A DNA stretch of 64,000 nucleotides from Octopus vulgaris (GCA_951406725.2 OX597821.1:73160001-73224000), one strand, 5' to 3'. Numbered from the stretch's first letter, positions 28,460 to 43,172 are shown. Numbers and translations: made by a program. Notes: generated from the letters alone by a model not told the origin.

Positions 28460-28800
28460 TACGGAGATATACTTGCATAGCAAGTGGCTTGATCTGAAAT
28501 CGTGTGCTGAAAGAAAAACAATTGCATCATGGGAGGTGTTTATAAGCCAATTAAAAAAACATACAACAAATGTTAGATCCACGTCAGCATTTAAATTTAA
28601 TTTGTGTCAAAATATTTTCGTCGTTTTGAAACCGCGACCTATTCACTGAAAAGAGATGCAGCACGAAATTTTGTTAGTGAACAGGTCGCGGCTTCAAAGC
28701 GACGAAAATATTTTGACGCAAATTAAATTTGAATGTTGAAGTCAATCTAACGGCTTTTGTGTTTTTTTTAAAGCCTATAAACACTTTCCACGCTGCAATT

Positions 28801-28803
<3 letters not shown>
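28460..28803. mobile_element. Fold-back insertion carrying variant (G3-C8) hammerhead-like motifs
   Basis: Arms about 28516-28650 and 28670-28803 are inverted, flanked by microsatellites. Motif TGTTA-GTGAACA-gGTCGCggcttcaaaGCGAC-GAAA-ATAT-TT-TGACG at 28672-28718. Confidence 0.7.
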
Positions 28804-28867
<64 letters not shown>

Positions 28868-28990
28868 GAATTCCAACCTTGTCTGATTTTCACGTTTTAT
28901 TTACAATCTTATAATGATATATTATAAGATAATATATTATAATTGAATAAAATAAAATGAAATAGTAGAATGTTAAATGTTCATTCTGAT

Positions 28991-29035
28991 TGAACTAGTA
29001 CTTTCATGCATTGAATTCTGCAATCTTCGGGTTCA
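28991..29035 (-). ncRNA. Hammerhead motif (U4>C) in the 3' region of the Penelope-like element
   Basis: Minus strand TGAAC-CCGAAGA-tTGCAgaattcaaTGCAt-GAAA-GTAC-TA-GTTCA, about 500 nt downstream of the PLE stop codon, same strand. Confidence 0.7.
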
Positions 29036-29529
29036 TGTAGTAGTGTTGACAGTCATGCTTCACAATTTTTGACTGTAGCAAGATGATTGATTCTGTGCTA
29101 TAAATACAGCTGGGTAGGCTCCAGAGTGCTAGGTTTTGCAAACTGTATTCTGACCAATCAGTGTGTAGTATCACTCAATTACTTAAGCTGATTGGTTGGT
29201 TGAGCTGATTGGTTTAGGCATCACGCTTTGTTGGACATGTCAAGAGTCCTGTATCTTGACCCTGGCCGAAGCAGCAATTGTTGGGTTATTTTTAGAAATG
29301 TTGTAAATATCCTTTGTCAGAGATTTTTATATTTTTATATTTCAATTGTCATCATCATCATTGTCAGCACCTTAATTATTGTTGCTAGTGGTGATGGTGG
29401 TGGCAATAGAACTTTTAACCCTAAATAAGATAATTTTCCTGCTATCTTCATCTTGATCACCTTTAGTATTGTTGTTGTTGTTAGTGGCCATGGTCGTAGC
29501 AGTGGAAGTAATACCTCTAAGTATTATTA

Positions 29530-31311
29530 TTATTGCTTATTTAGCTTGGGTTCGAATTTATCAATAAAATTCTTTTCTCTGATTCTCCTCTCGATTTCAC
29601 TTGGGCTGTGTAATTTGTAGAATGGAAATATTATATACATTTTCCGACCACATGTTGCTAGGTGGTTACTCAAAGGTATCTGACGGACCTCTGGGTCTCT
29701 AATCTGTTGCCGGTGTACACGTGAGCGTTCTAATAGTGCGTTTCCCGTCTGACCTACATATATTTCTTCACAATTTGGGCATTTGATGCAGTAAATTAAA
29801 TTTCTGCTTTTGCAGTTCATATTCGCGTTTGTGAATATTTTCCCGGTTTTTGTGTTTATATATTGACCGGTATGTATGAATTGGCATGTGCCACATCGGC
29901 TATCATTGCATTTAGATACCGTGAATGTTTGGTCTTTGTTGCTAAGGTCAAATTTTGCCTTTGTTAGTAATGTTTTCAAGTTTGTAGGCTGTCTTTTACT
30001 AAACACCATAGCTCGATCCGTGATTATGTCTTTTAATTCATTACTTTGGGCAATGATTGGTAGGTTTGCTTTGGCAATGTTGAAGATATTCTGGTGACAT
30101 GGGTTGTGTGTCACTATGAATGGTATGACTTGTTCTTGTTTTCCTCTTCCTTGGGTTGTCCTAAGTTGTTGTATGGGTATTTTTATAGCCAGCGGTATGC
30201 CATTTTCTATAAGTAGAGATGGGTATTTTTGTTTGAGCAAAAATTCTCTTAGTTCTATTAGGCGTTTGTTCCTGATATTTGCATCTTCTACAATGGTACA
30301 AATTCTTCTGGCTAGGCAGTATGGGATGTTACGTTTTGTATGTGGTGGATGGCACGACTTAAAATTTAGGTATTGATGTGTGTCTGTGTGTTTATAGTAT
30401 ATATCTGTGGTGATGGTGGTGTCTTTTTTAATTACCATTATATCTAGGAATGGTAATTTGGTACTACTCATCTCCTTTGTAAATTGGAGAGATGGGTGTA
30501 GGTTGTTCAGGAGGATATTGAACTCTTCCAGAGTATTTAGAGATTCTGTCCAGATTATGAAGCAGTCGTCTAGGTATCTCTTCCATGCCTTTTCAATATA
30601 CTTTCTAAATCCAGTGCCATAGTTTACCTCCACCTCTTGGTAGAGTTGTTGTTCTAAGTATCCCATTACAGAGTTGGCGTAAACGGGAGCAAACCTCGTT
30701 CCCATCGCCGTGCCTCTAATTTGGATGTAATTCTTTCCATTGAAGAAGAATGTGTTATTTTCTAGAATAAGTTTGACTGTGTCTAATATAAATGGCACTG
30801 TGAATCTGCTGGAAATCACTTCTCTATGTTTTTCTAACCAGTATTTAATCGCCTTTATTCCTAAATCGTGTGGAATATTGGTGTAGAGGCTTACCACATC
30901 AAAACTTAGTAAAACTGAATTTGTTTCTGTTGTTTTGGGAAGATGGGACAGGAAGTCGATGTCATCCCTGATGAAACTTGGTATGTAAGTACATAGTGGT
31001 TTCAAAACAATGTCAATAAAATTGCTTAGACGGTGTGTAGGGCATGCTGGACCAGCTATAATAGGTCTAAGTTTTAGGTCTTTTGGATGTAATAATTTTA
31101 TGTACTCACTTTCTTGTTCTTTTACTGCCTGTTGAATATTTTTTGATTTGTGTATTTTTGGTAAGCCGTAGAAGTTGCTGGGTTTTGGTTCGAAATTGGT
31201 GATGTAGTATTTTTCATTATCCGTAAGTGAGTTGTGGTGTGTTGAGATTAGGTTGTTGATCTTTTTCATGATGTGGTGGTCTATATTTGCGGGTATTTCA
31301 CAATAGAAGGT

Positions 31312-31312
<1 letters not shown>
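29530..31312 (-). CDS. Penelope-like element RT plus GIY-YIG endonuclease, 5'-truncated but uninterrupted (about 590 aa)
   Basis: FYGLPKIHK, LRPII, SFDVVSLYTNIP, GTAMGT, RYLDD, LPFLD, HPPHTK, CxxxxCxxC linker, NLIYCIKCPNCEEIYVGQT..H..H. The ORF-track N-terminus (MCFHV..YIYI) is microsatellite. Confidence 0.93.
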
Positions 31313-31369
<57 letters not shown>

Positions 31370-31547
31370 ATCCAAACATGAAAACACAAAGAGGAAACAC
31401 AACAACGCGAGGACGTGGAACAAGTATAGTATTATTGGACGCTCAGGAAAGAAAAGAAAGAAGGAGGATTTAACGTTTCGAGGGTATACTGGGCGGCGTA
31501 TATTTTGCCCCAGTGTCACTTTTATGGCACGCTCTGCTCTCTCACTC

Positions 31548-31611
<64 letters not shown>

Positions 31612-32020
31612 TAGCTAAGTTAAGTTAATTTTGGGGCTCAAAAAGCAAAAAGCAAGGCTATGTAGGGGGACATGGAGTTATGTACAGGGAGGGTGTTCAT
31701 GCAAAGAGTTCAGGCCATTTCTGGTCAAGAAAGACTTTGAACCGAGCGGTCGTCGGCGTCTTCACTATCTCGTCCGGCAGCTTATTCCACGGATCCGCAA
31801 CCCGGATGCAGAAAGCCCCTCTCCTTCGATTGAGATGAAATCGTCGCAGATAGAGTTTTTCGGAGTGACCCCGCAGCCGACGCTCTGGAGCAGGAATGAA
31901 GAACAGCTCTTTCGAGAGGTTACACTTTCCGCTTATGATGTTGTGAGCAAGAATGAGATCACCACGGCGTCGTCGTTTTTCTAGAGAATAAAGGTCGAGC
32001 GTCTTCAGCCTATCTTCATA
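31612..32020 (-). mobile_element. 3' fragment of a CR1-type LINE
   Basis: YEDRLKTLDLYSLEKRRRRGDLI..RGH..F..RV..WNKLP..FK..LD, the typical CR1 ORF2 C-terminus, plus a short 3' UTR with terminal short repeats. Confidence 0.85.
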
Positions 32021-32053
32021 TATGTGTGTGTGTGCGTTTGTTTGAGTATGTGT

Positions 32054-32133
<80 letters not shown>

Positions 32134-32310
32134 GTGTATGCATGTAGTGTCACGATTAACGAAGCGCGAAACCGGTCGACTATCATGATGTTCTGTCCTT
32201 TAAAATATATTAAAAAAATATAAATCGCGTGTTTTCTTTTCTTTTATTATATATTTTTTCACTATAATTCACCACATGGGGAAAATCTCTTGAACGAAAT
32301 TCTTTTTCAC

Positions 32311-33016
32311 TATGTATGTATGTTTATTTGTACCTATGTATGTATGCATGTATGCATGTATGCATGTATGCATGTATGTATGTATGTATGTATATTTATT
32401 TGTATGTATGTATGTATGTATGTATGTATGTATGTATACATGTATGCATGTATGTATGTATGTTTATTTGTATGTATGTGTGTGTATGTATGTATGTATG
32501 TATGTATGCATGTATGCATGTATGCATGTATGCATGTATGCATGTATGTATGTATATTTATTTGTATGTATGTATGTATGTATGTATGTATGTATACATG
32601 TATGCATGTATGTATGTGTGTTTATTTGTATGTATCTATGTATGTGTGTATGAATGCATGTATGCATGTATGTATGTTTATTTGTATGTATGTGTGTGTA
32701 TGTATGTATGTATATATGTATGCATGCATGCATATATGTATATATGTATGTATGTATGTTTATTTGTATGTATGTATGTTTATTTTTATGTATGTATGTA
32801 TGCATCCATGCATGTATGTATGTATGCATGCATGTATGTATGTATGTATGTATGTATATATGTATGTATGTTTATTTCTATGTATGTTTATTTTTATGTA
32901 TGTATATTTGTATGTATGTATGTATGTATGTATGTATGTATGTATGTATGTATGTATGTATGTATGTATGTATGTATGTATGTATGTATATGTATGTATG
33001 CATGTATGTATGTATA
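32311..33016. repeat. Degenerate (TGTA)n/(TGCA)n array of about 700 bp
   Basis: Directly visible. Confidence 0.95.
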
Positions 33017-33661
33017 TTCACATAGCGGTATACTCTACGTGAATATTCGTCCAATTACAAATTATAAGAATATCTTACTTTCAACTCGGCCGTGTAACTT
33101 TTGACCTTTTTCCTTTTCCCTGGTTCACCATAAATCAGGATGATGCTTTATTTTTCAGATATCAACTGGTAAGTTTATATAAGAACCTGACTCATACTTT
33201 AGATGTAAAACTATCGGTTCCTCTCTTTTCTGTTCATCTTTAATCTTTGACGGGTGACATACGTCCATACGTCACCTCTCTCAAAGATTCCATGGTCCCA
33301 GAGTGCAAAGCCAACAACTCACACAATCATTATTGAATCACCGTTTTCACCGACACCACCAATTCTAGGTAAGGCGGGAATTAGAAGAAAATTGGCTGCC
33401 AATTCTGGCTGGATGAGCAACTGCTTTATGTCAACGGCGGCAGAGAAGGATGTTAAACAACAACAACAAAACTATTTGAAGAACAGCTCTGCGTGTCGTA
33501 AAAAGGAATAACTAAATATCATTATTAATACACACATCTATAGCTGTCTGTTGAAGATGGACAGCTAGCAGCGAAATCATGGGAATAATTAAAAAGATGT
33601 CTGCTAGTGTCTTGAACTGGAGATCATGCCCAGAATAACCCCCGATGAGGCCAGTGATATA

Positions 33662-33741
<80 letters not shown>

Positions 33742-33950
33742 TTGTATTCTATACAATATTATATATCTTTATATATGAATTTTACCTGAAAGGTGTTTTT
33801 TATGTTGGCAACTGATAAAATTCATTCATTTTAATGATTGATTATGGTAATCTCATATCAAGATAAACAGTACATGACCTTGAAGGTGGGGCCCAGTTAG
33901 AATTTTCTTCTGGTCGAGTAACCCATCTATAATAATAATAATAATTATTA

Positions 33951-34017
<67 letters not shown>

Positions 34018-34699
34018 TATTATTATCATTATTATTATTATTATTAAGTATTAGTTGAACACTGGGGTCGATTTAATCAACTTACCCCCACCCCCGAAAT
34101 TGCCGGCCTTGTGCCAAAATTTGAATCTAATGTTATCATTGTATTTATTCTTTTTCCTGCTTCTCTCTTTGTTTTCCATCTTCATCTTACTCTCTTCTTC
34201 TTGTTCTTTCTCTTCATCTATTCCACTGACCCTACCACCACCAGCACCACCACCACACCGACCCTAACACTCTCCGCTGTTGTAGATACAAGCATTCACT
34301 GGAACCATTACTGGTATTCTTAATGTCCACTGAAAATCCGTTCAATAAAATTCTTGTCTTTTTTTTTTCTTCTTAATGCTGAATATTACCTGAAGCCGGG
34401 AAGAAGAATATTTTTACGTTTCGGACAAGAAAGTTCTATGCATTTACAGAGTGAGATTCCTCTACTGATGGCAGATATACATATGCTTAATAGCATCGCT
34501 TCTGAATGGTTAGATTCAAATATGTCTTACCATTGATGTTTTTAGGGTCTCTATAGGAAGCAATCCTTCTTTAGAAGGCAATTATTATCGAGAGAATATT
34601 CGAGACGGAATCTTTCTTGAAATTATACCGGAAATTGTGAGAGAAAGAAAAACTTGTTATAGATTAGTTTTTGTCTTTCTCTGACAGTTTGTAATGAGC

Positions 34700-34709
34700 A
34701 GCACAAACA

Positions 34710-34751
<42 letters not shown>

Positions 34752-34871
34752 TCAATACAAACACACAGGCAATTTCACTCACTCACACATACATCTGCAC
34801 ATATATGCACACACCTATCTCTATGTATGCATGTACGTATTTGCGTGAGTACGGGTTTGTGTGTACTTATA

Positions 34872-34925
<54 letters not shown>

Positions 34926-35153
34926 GACACACATATATGTATATATATATATATATATTATACATAGACACACATATATGTATATATATATACACCTACA
35001 TATATGTACATATATGTGTATATAAATATATATATATATATCATATACATACATGCATATCTACATATACATGTATTGTGCATATGTATATATGTACGTA
35101 TGTATATGCATATACGCGTAGATAGATGGATGGACAGATAGATAGATTGGTAA

Positions 35154-35211
<58 letters not shown>

Positions 35212-35773
35212 GCATTTGTACATGCTGAAGAGCGCGATAAAGGAAACGACAGTGAGTTGGATAGAGGCTATGGAAAAGAAAGAGGAAGACAGAGAGAGGG
35301 AGAGAGAGATGGATAGAAAGCGAGAGAGGGAGAGAGGGAGAGAGGGTGGGTTTCTGGAGAAAGTGTTGCAGCTTCGTAAGTATGTCTATAAGTATATTTA
35401 CACAATAGTTTCTGTTCGCGTGAGTGACGGATATAAAAGTCTGTTTATTTGTGAATGGTGATTAGTAAGGAGAAGTAAGGAGAAAAGGTGGGGGGAGAGG
35501 GGTTGTAAGAGGCTCCGGTAAAAACCTGTGTCTTGTGTATGAAGCTGGATCACCGTGGGCGTGTGAATATAGATTGATGCAAACATTTTCTATACGAGAT
35601 CGAGATGAGATTTATTTGGGAACATTAGGTCTGCTGGTGTAGTTAGACCGTTTTCAGGAGTAATAAACTTACTAATAACTATACTTTATGTTGTTTTCCA
35701 GGTGTTTGGCGTCGAAAATGCGCTCCACTCTCTTCTTAATTATATCTTTCTATCTAAAACATTATTCACCTTG

Positions 35774-35839
<66 letters not shown>

Positions 35840-35874
35840 CTCCACCTATCTCTCTATCCATCTATCTATCTCTT

Positions 35875-35917
<43 letters not shown>

Positions 35918-36068
35918 GCATATTATCCATATTATATGTTATACACATGCATATATACACATATATATAAAATTTATATTATGTTATACCAATGCATATT
36001 TTATATATATATATACATATGTGTACGTCTATATATACACATGCACATGGACTTATATATATGTGTGC

Positions 36069-36108
<40 letters not shown>

Positions 36109-36120
36109 TATATGTATATA

Positions 36121-36174
<54 letters not shown>

Positions 36175-36577
36175 TGTGTTAACCTGTCTAATCGCTTATT
36201 CACTTTTCTGTCAACTTATTTATCTACCTTTCTATGTATTTATCTATCCATCTACCAACCTGTCTATCTATCTATCTATCTATCTATCTATATCTATATC
36301 TATCTATATATATATAGAGAGAGAGAGCGAGAGAGAGTGAGCGAGAGAGAGAGAGATGGAGTTAGGGAGGGAGGGATAGCTTGACATACATATATATATA
36401 TATACATACACACACACCCATCTATATAGCTAGATAACTACGTGTCAATACCTACAACACAATCGATTTTTGCATCTACTTAACTTCTCTCCATAATATC
36501 AAACTATCTATCTATATAGTTATGCACACACACACACGCACAAGCACGCACATTTATATATACACACACACACATGC

Positions 36578-36609
<32 letters not shown>

Positions 36610-36695
36610 GGGAGTGGGGGAAAGAGAGAGAGAGTGAGGGGAAGAGAGAGAGATTTACATATATATATACATAAATGTATGTATATATATGTTTG

Positions 36696-36784
<89 letters not shown>
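34700..36784. repeat. Cluster of (CA)n, (TA)n, (GATA)n, (GA)n and (GT)n microsatellites
   Basis: Directly visible. Confidence 0.9.
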
Positions 36785-36786
<2 letters not shown>

Positions 36787-37041
36787 TTCCATAACTAGTG
36801 TTTAAAGGTTTTTTATAGTCGATTTAGCGAATATAGTGAAGCAAGTTCCTGGTACTCGACTGTGTGAATCGGCAGCTGTAGCAGAGCTGCACAATATCAG
36901 AATCGTTGAATCACTCATTGAAGCTTATTTAAATGGTGCCTGAAAAACGTAGTTTTTGCTTAAATTGCCCTGCGATGTATGAACACTCATCTCGGAATAG
37001 AGTGGGGACGGAAGTGACGCTGTGTCGAGGGGATAGGTGTA

Positions 37042-37091
<50 letters not shown>

Positions 37092-37463
37092 TTAGGTGGA
37101 AGCACTCCGTCGGTTACGACGACGAGGGTTCCGGTTGATCCGATCAACGGAACAGCCTGCTCGTGAAATTAACGTGTAAGTGGCTGAGCACTCCACAGAC
37201 ACGTGTACCCTTAACGCAGTTCTCGGGGATATTCAGCGTGACACAGAGAGTGACAAGGCCGGCCCTTTGAAATACAGGTACAACAGAAACAGGAAGTAAG
37301 TGTGAGAGAAAGTTGTGGTGAAAGAGTACAGCAGGGATCACCACCATCTCTGCCGGAGCCTCGTGGAGCTTTAGGTGTTTTCGCTCAATAAACACTCACA
37401 ACGCCCGGTCTGGGAATCGAAACCGCGAGTCCGCTGCCCTAACCACTGGGCCATTGCGCCTCC
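37092..37463 (-). mobile_element. tRNA-derived SINE inserted in (TAA)n
   Basis: Minus strand GGAGGCGCAATGGCCCAGTGGTTAGGGCAGCGGACTCGCGG..TTCGATTCCC tRNA-like head. Confidence 0.75.
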
Positions 37464-37519
<56 letters not shown>

Positions 37520-37750
37520 CAATAACAATAACAATGATAATAGTAGTAGTAATAATAATAATAGTTTGTGACATTGGCACAAGGCCACATGTAGGGGAAA
37601 GTATCATTGGATTAGATGGAGTCTGATTCTTGACTGGATGTTATTCGTTAATTTTTCACTAAACCGATACAGCATCGTTTTGTTCCTTCTCTTCCTAGTC
37701 GTTGTTATTGCTTTGACACTAGACATAGAAAGTTCTATGATGGTTGCGGT

Positions 37751-37751
<1 letters not shown>

Positions 37752-37801
<50 letters not shown>

Positions 37802-37838
37802 TTAATAATAATAATAAAGTAGTAGTAGTAGTAGTAGT

Positions 37839-37879
<41 letters not shown>

Positions 37880-37956
37880 TAGTAGTAGTTGTTGTTGTTG
37901 TTGTTGTTGTAGTAGTAGTAGTAGTAGTAGTAATAGTAGTAGTAGTAGTAGTAGTG

Positions 37957-38046
<90 letters not shown>

Positions 38047-38061
38047 ATGATGATGATGATA
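37752..38061. repeat. Compound trinucleotide array (TAA/GTA/GCA/GTT/GAT)
   Basis: Directly visible. Confidence 0.95.
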
Positions 38062-38407
38062 ATCGATATAAACGTATCTGTCAAGACCTACCAAAAACTG
38101 AGCAAGTATAAAGATCTTGAAATAGAAACTGGCAAAATGTGGAACCTGAAGACTAAAACAATACCTGTTGTCATAGGTGCCCTAGGAATGATAGCAAAAG
38201 GGGCTGATTGCTACCTAGCTCAGATACCAGGAAACCTCAAAATGGCGGAAAATCAAAAGATAGTGCTCATGGGAACTGCCCATATCCTACGTAAAATACT
38301 GACTCTGTAATCTCATTACACCAACATGAACTTCTAACTTGTCTCTAGACGTCTCTGGGTGAAACTTGGAGTCAACTTGTACGAATACAAACCAAAAGCC
38401 AAACATA

Positions 38408-38410
<3 letters not shown>
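38062..38410 (+). mobile_element. 3' fragment of Dong/R4 LINE
   Basis: KLSKYKDLEIE..MWNLKTKTIPVVIGALG..QKIVLMGTAHILRK* plus 3' UTR; same family as 51945-52892. Confidence 0.85.
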
Positions 38411-38505
<95 letters not shown>

Positions 38506-38824
38506 TATGTTTGACTTTTGCTTTATGTCTGTACAAGTTGGCTCCAAGTCTCACCCAGAGACCTCAAGAGACAACAGGTTGGAAGTTCTGTGCCATATAT
38601 TTGGGGTTTTTTTTTTTGTGTTGTACTAGTGAATGTCTAATACATAAAAAAAATAAATAAATAAATAAAAAAGTTTGTTTTAAACCTTGGGATTACATAG
38701 AGAGTATTTTGCGTAGGATATGAGCAGTTCCCATGAGCACTATCTTCTGAAATTCTGCCATTTTGGGGTTTCCTGGTATCTGAGTTAGGTAGCAATAAGC
38801 CCCTTTTGCTATCATTCCCAGGGC

Positions 38825-38825
<1 letters not shown>
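38506..38825 (-). mobile_element. 3' fragment of Dong/R4 LINE (inverted neighbour)
   Basis: ALGMIAKGAYCYLTQIPGNPKMAEFQKIVLMGTAHILRK plus UTR, between (TAA)n tracts. Confidence 0.85.
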
Positions 38826-38894
<69 letters not shown>

Positions 38895-38909
38895 AATAAT
38901 AATAATAAT

Positions 38910-39006
<97 letters not shown>

Positions 39007-39011
39007 TAATG

Positions 39012-39567
39012 ATGTCCTGATGCAGTACCAGGCAGTGGCTCTCATGGCTTCTGATCTTAACTGATTGGAAGTGTTATCATGTACATTGTTTTGTCTTGGT
39101 ATAAAAGATGGGCTACAGCAAATATTCTGCTCAATACCACAGATTTGCTTGTCAGTTGTTTGACTTTAACCAGTTGAGCATGTCCCTTAGTGGCTGATGA
39201 TATGTGCATCTCTGATCATGAGCAGAAGTAGTGAGGGAGCATCATAGCCATGTGTTGAGAGGGATTCTTTGGGGTTTGAATAATTCACCTTTGGAAACAT
39301 GGGTGGTTCTTTCAACATCCTTAAACAACCCTTAATCAGGGACCTTTTGAGCAGGATGGGCTACTCAACCTGAAGAAAATTCTAACTGGGCCCCACCTGC
39401 AAGGTCATGTGCTGTTTATCTTGATATGAGATCACCATGTCGCGCACATATGGTTGTGATGCATGTGCCTGGTGTACCCTTATCAGACGGGTAGTCATGA
39501 TGGGTATATTGGGCTTCGTATATTTTACCCCAGTGTCACTTTGATGGCATGAACTGCTCTCTCACTC

Positions 39568-39568
<1 letters not shown>
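39012..39568 (-). mobile_element. Family F non-coding repeat in (TAA)n
   Basis: Reverse complement of 7694-8241. Confidence 0.8.
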
Positions 39569-39607
<39 letters not shown>

Positions 39608-40144
39608 GTTGGCAAATTCATTATGTAAAAAGTAGGCAATTGGTCAAGACTAAATATGTGAAGACTAGGCAATAACTTAGGCAATGACTCAAGCATATAT
39701 TACTGTGAATTTGTTGTTATAGGTAGGCTTTACTGTAATATATAACTAATTTTTGTATTATTATTCTATTTATTGTACTAACTAATTATGTACTACTATT
39801 ATTCTTTATAACCTATTTTCAAATTTCTGATTATTAATTAAAATGAATTTTTTTGAAGTGCAACAAATATTTTAACTGGTCTTTTTATTATTTTGAATGG
39901 AAGTAACAAGTAATAACATTTTTAGTTTTAATAAAATCAAAATATTTTATTTGAAATTTAATCCTCAGCTGCAATATTTTAAGTAAAAATTTTCTTGTTC
40001 TGTACTTTACCAGATGTGATAACCTTCCTGAACTTTTCTAGGTTTATAATCTTAAGAATATTATTTATCTGTCTCGCATTTTCCCGTGTAATATAAAATG
40101 TCTTGGTCATCTTTCTATCCACCTCTGGATTGAAATACATAACC

Positions 40145-40376
40145 TATTTCTTTATTACCCACAAGGGGCTAAACATAGAGGGGACAAACAAGGACAGACA
40201 TAGGTATTAAGTCGATTACATCGACCCCAGTGCGTAACTGGTCCTTAATTTATCGACCCCGAAAGGATGAAAGGCAAAGTCGACCTCGGCGGAATTTGAA
40301 CTCACAACGTAACGGCAGACGAAATACGGCTACGCATTTTGCCCGGCGTGCTAACGTTTCTACCAGCTCGCCGCCT
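40145..40376 (-). mobile_element. Full-length SINE family A
   Basis: tRNA-like head, central GTCGACTTTGCCTTTCATCCTTTCGGGGTCGATAAA domain, tail ..TGTTTAGCCCCTTGTGGGTAATAAAG. Confidence 0.85.
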
Positions 40377-42608
40377 TCAATTTGTCTACTTGTATTGGGA
40401 CGATGTTAACCTCCAAGCTTTTTTAAAGTTTTTATATTAACACACCTGTATCCAGGGTCTTTCACCGTATGCTCGATTGTGTCTGCTTCTGGTTGCCGGA
40501 GCAATCTGGGCTCTATTCAATTATTTCTGTTTCCTCTTCAAATCATCCTCGCCTTCCAAAGAATACGCAATCCACCAATGGATAACAAAACTGGGTCGTC
40601 AGTTGCAACGACAGTGGTCAAAAAGTCTTGAATCTGGAGGTGGTGGTGGTGGACGTGGCGGAGCTATTGTTGTTAAGGATAATAATAGCTTTACTGACTG
40701 TCCCTGTTTCGATGGTGCTGGCATGGGAGTGTTAATAGTGGTAGGGTGGGGGATGGCTAGTGTTGTAATTGCTTCTAATTATCAATATCTTTTTTTTTTT
40801 AATCTTAGTACCGTTGTTATTTTCCCTCTCATTGCTTTTGCTGTTTTCGCTGGTGATAATGTTGTTACTAGCGGTGATAGTATTGTTGTTGTTGTTGCTG
40901 TTTTGGCCATCGTCACTTTTACTCTCTTCCAAAGAAAATGTTAAATAAAGGAAGTCGTTTTCATTGAATTGGTGGGATTTGGGTCACTAACTCGTCCTAC
41001 TGGAACTGGGTTCTTTTAAACATTCCCGAAAGTACTTCCTTTGTCGGATAGGGAAACACGTATCCAGCATTCCCTAGAAATACCTGTTACAGATTTGTGC
41101 GTCTCTTGAAATACAGCCCTGAATCCCCTTCGTCGTACAGCACATCGCCATCATGTTTATACGTCAGAACCCATAGCTTTGAACTCTGGCTCACATTGCT
41201 TAATCGCTCAATTGGTTTTCCTCGGAGCTGCGAGAACAACAGTAGCAACGGCCAAAATTTTTACCCATCAGAAGCCTAGCCTTGCTGCTGCTGTCTCTGC
41301 TGCTGCCTCTGCTGCTGTCTGCTACCCCTCTTATTATTCCACTTTTCCGCTTCTTCTAGGTACCAATCCTCAAACAGTTTTTAATTATCACACACATACT
41401 AAGGGGTCACTGCTCCGACACGCCAATCTCTCAAACCTCCTTTCTGCACCTTCAATATGGTAAATATCTTGGATATTCATGTTTTCACAAAGACCATCAA
41501 ATCTTAGAGTCCTTTTCAGACCATATTCTGACCTCATATTACGCGTCGCCGGCGCGCTCACCGCGTGCCCGTAATGTTGCTTAAATGTGACGGCAAACCA
41601 AGTGGCAACATCCGAAACAATATCCCTGGCTGTGGTTGTTGTATTCCTTGTACCATAGCACCAACCCGTAGACAGACGCATGATGCACCGGTTCTGTCTG
41701 TCCTTTTGCCTGAAACAGACGCACCCTTTTATATACCTCATCGTAGATGATGGAGCACACGTCCTACCACGCACCGAACAGAGATCTTCTCACTCTTCTC
41801 ATCCAAAGGCATATGAGGTCCTTTCCAGCTGTTTAAAAAAGTAGATGTATGTCACCATTTTTTCCTCGTCCATTCCTGGATAAATCGCTCGAGTCGGGAT
41901 ACTCTGTCTTTCTCAGCCTGACTCATCCATGTCTTCCGTTTACTCTTCAGTTTGATCACATCGAAGAGATTTTAACAACAACATCATTAACAAAATATGA
42001 AATCTGTTTTTGTTTCTGTTGTTGCTGTTGTCACCTTCTATGCTGGCTGTATTAGTTACACTGATGTTTTTCTCCTTCAAATTAATATATTTAACACTCT
42101 TATTGGTTGTATTTTCCGTTGGGCAACTGTAAGCTTTATTTCATTTTTCACATTGTTTGGGTTATTTTCCTTTTAAATCTGTTTACATGTTCCGAAATAC
42201 TTGGAGTGGAGCTTGTTTATGTTATTAATTCCTATTGTGCTACTGTATCCTTATTGAGACCACTTCTACAGCCACTGTAGCGAGAACTTCCCCTTGCAAC
42301 ATCTGAGTTGCTCAGCTAAATATTACAAATAGCCGATGGTAGAAATATATTTTTATCGAGACTCCCGTTGGTATAACGCCACCAAACACAAACATTTTCG
42401 TCCAAATAATTCTGGAAAAACTCACCTCCTAAACGAGGCTCTGTAAACATGTGTATCGACGGCAGACGACAACTATAATATTCATAAATCAAACACACAC
42501 ACACACACACATTATGTTATATTATATTATGATACATTATATTAAGATATATATACCTACACACACACATACACTCTCACACACATACATATATATATAC
42601 ATATATAT

Positions 42609-42670
<62 letters not shown>

Positions 42671-42675
42671 CATAC

Positions 42676-42738
<63 letters not shown>

Positions 42739-43139
42739 GCTCATTAAAAGCAGCGTACAACAAAAAAGTATGAATAATAAAAACATAAATTTTGTCTTTT
42801 TTTTTCCAGTCCATAAAACTGTTTACACAGCTCACATGAGTGAAATGATTTGCGCTTCAAACTAGAAAATCTTGGTAATCCAAGCAGAAAGTGAAAGTAG
42901 GTTTGCATCAAATCATGGCGTCCGAACAAACATAATGACGCGGAAAGACGTTCAGTGTGTTTGTGTTGACCACTGAAGCAAATGACCAACAACAATGACA
43001 GAATCGACAGCGATATTGCAATGGTGACAGCAGCAACAGCAACAAGTCTGAAAATCTACATACCCCAACGCCGTGCCTGGACGCAGGATTCAATTTGCGC
43101 TCGCGCAAGTTGAAGAGCGCGCGCACACACACATACGCC

Positions 43140-43172
<33 letters not shown>

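Noticed and set aside
40477-41850. Hydrophobic 155-aa ORF and neighbouring ORFs
   Set aside because: Low-complexity GGT/GTT-derived sequence with no motif I can recognise; possibly a decayed TE.
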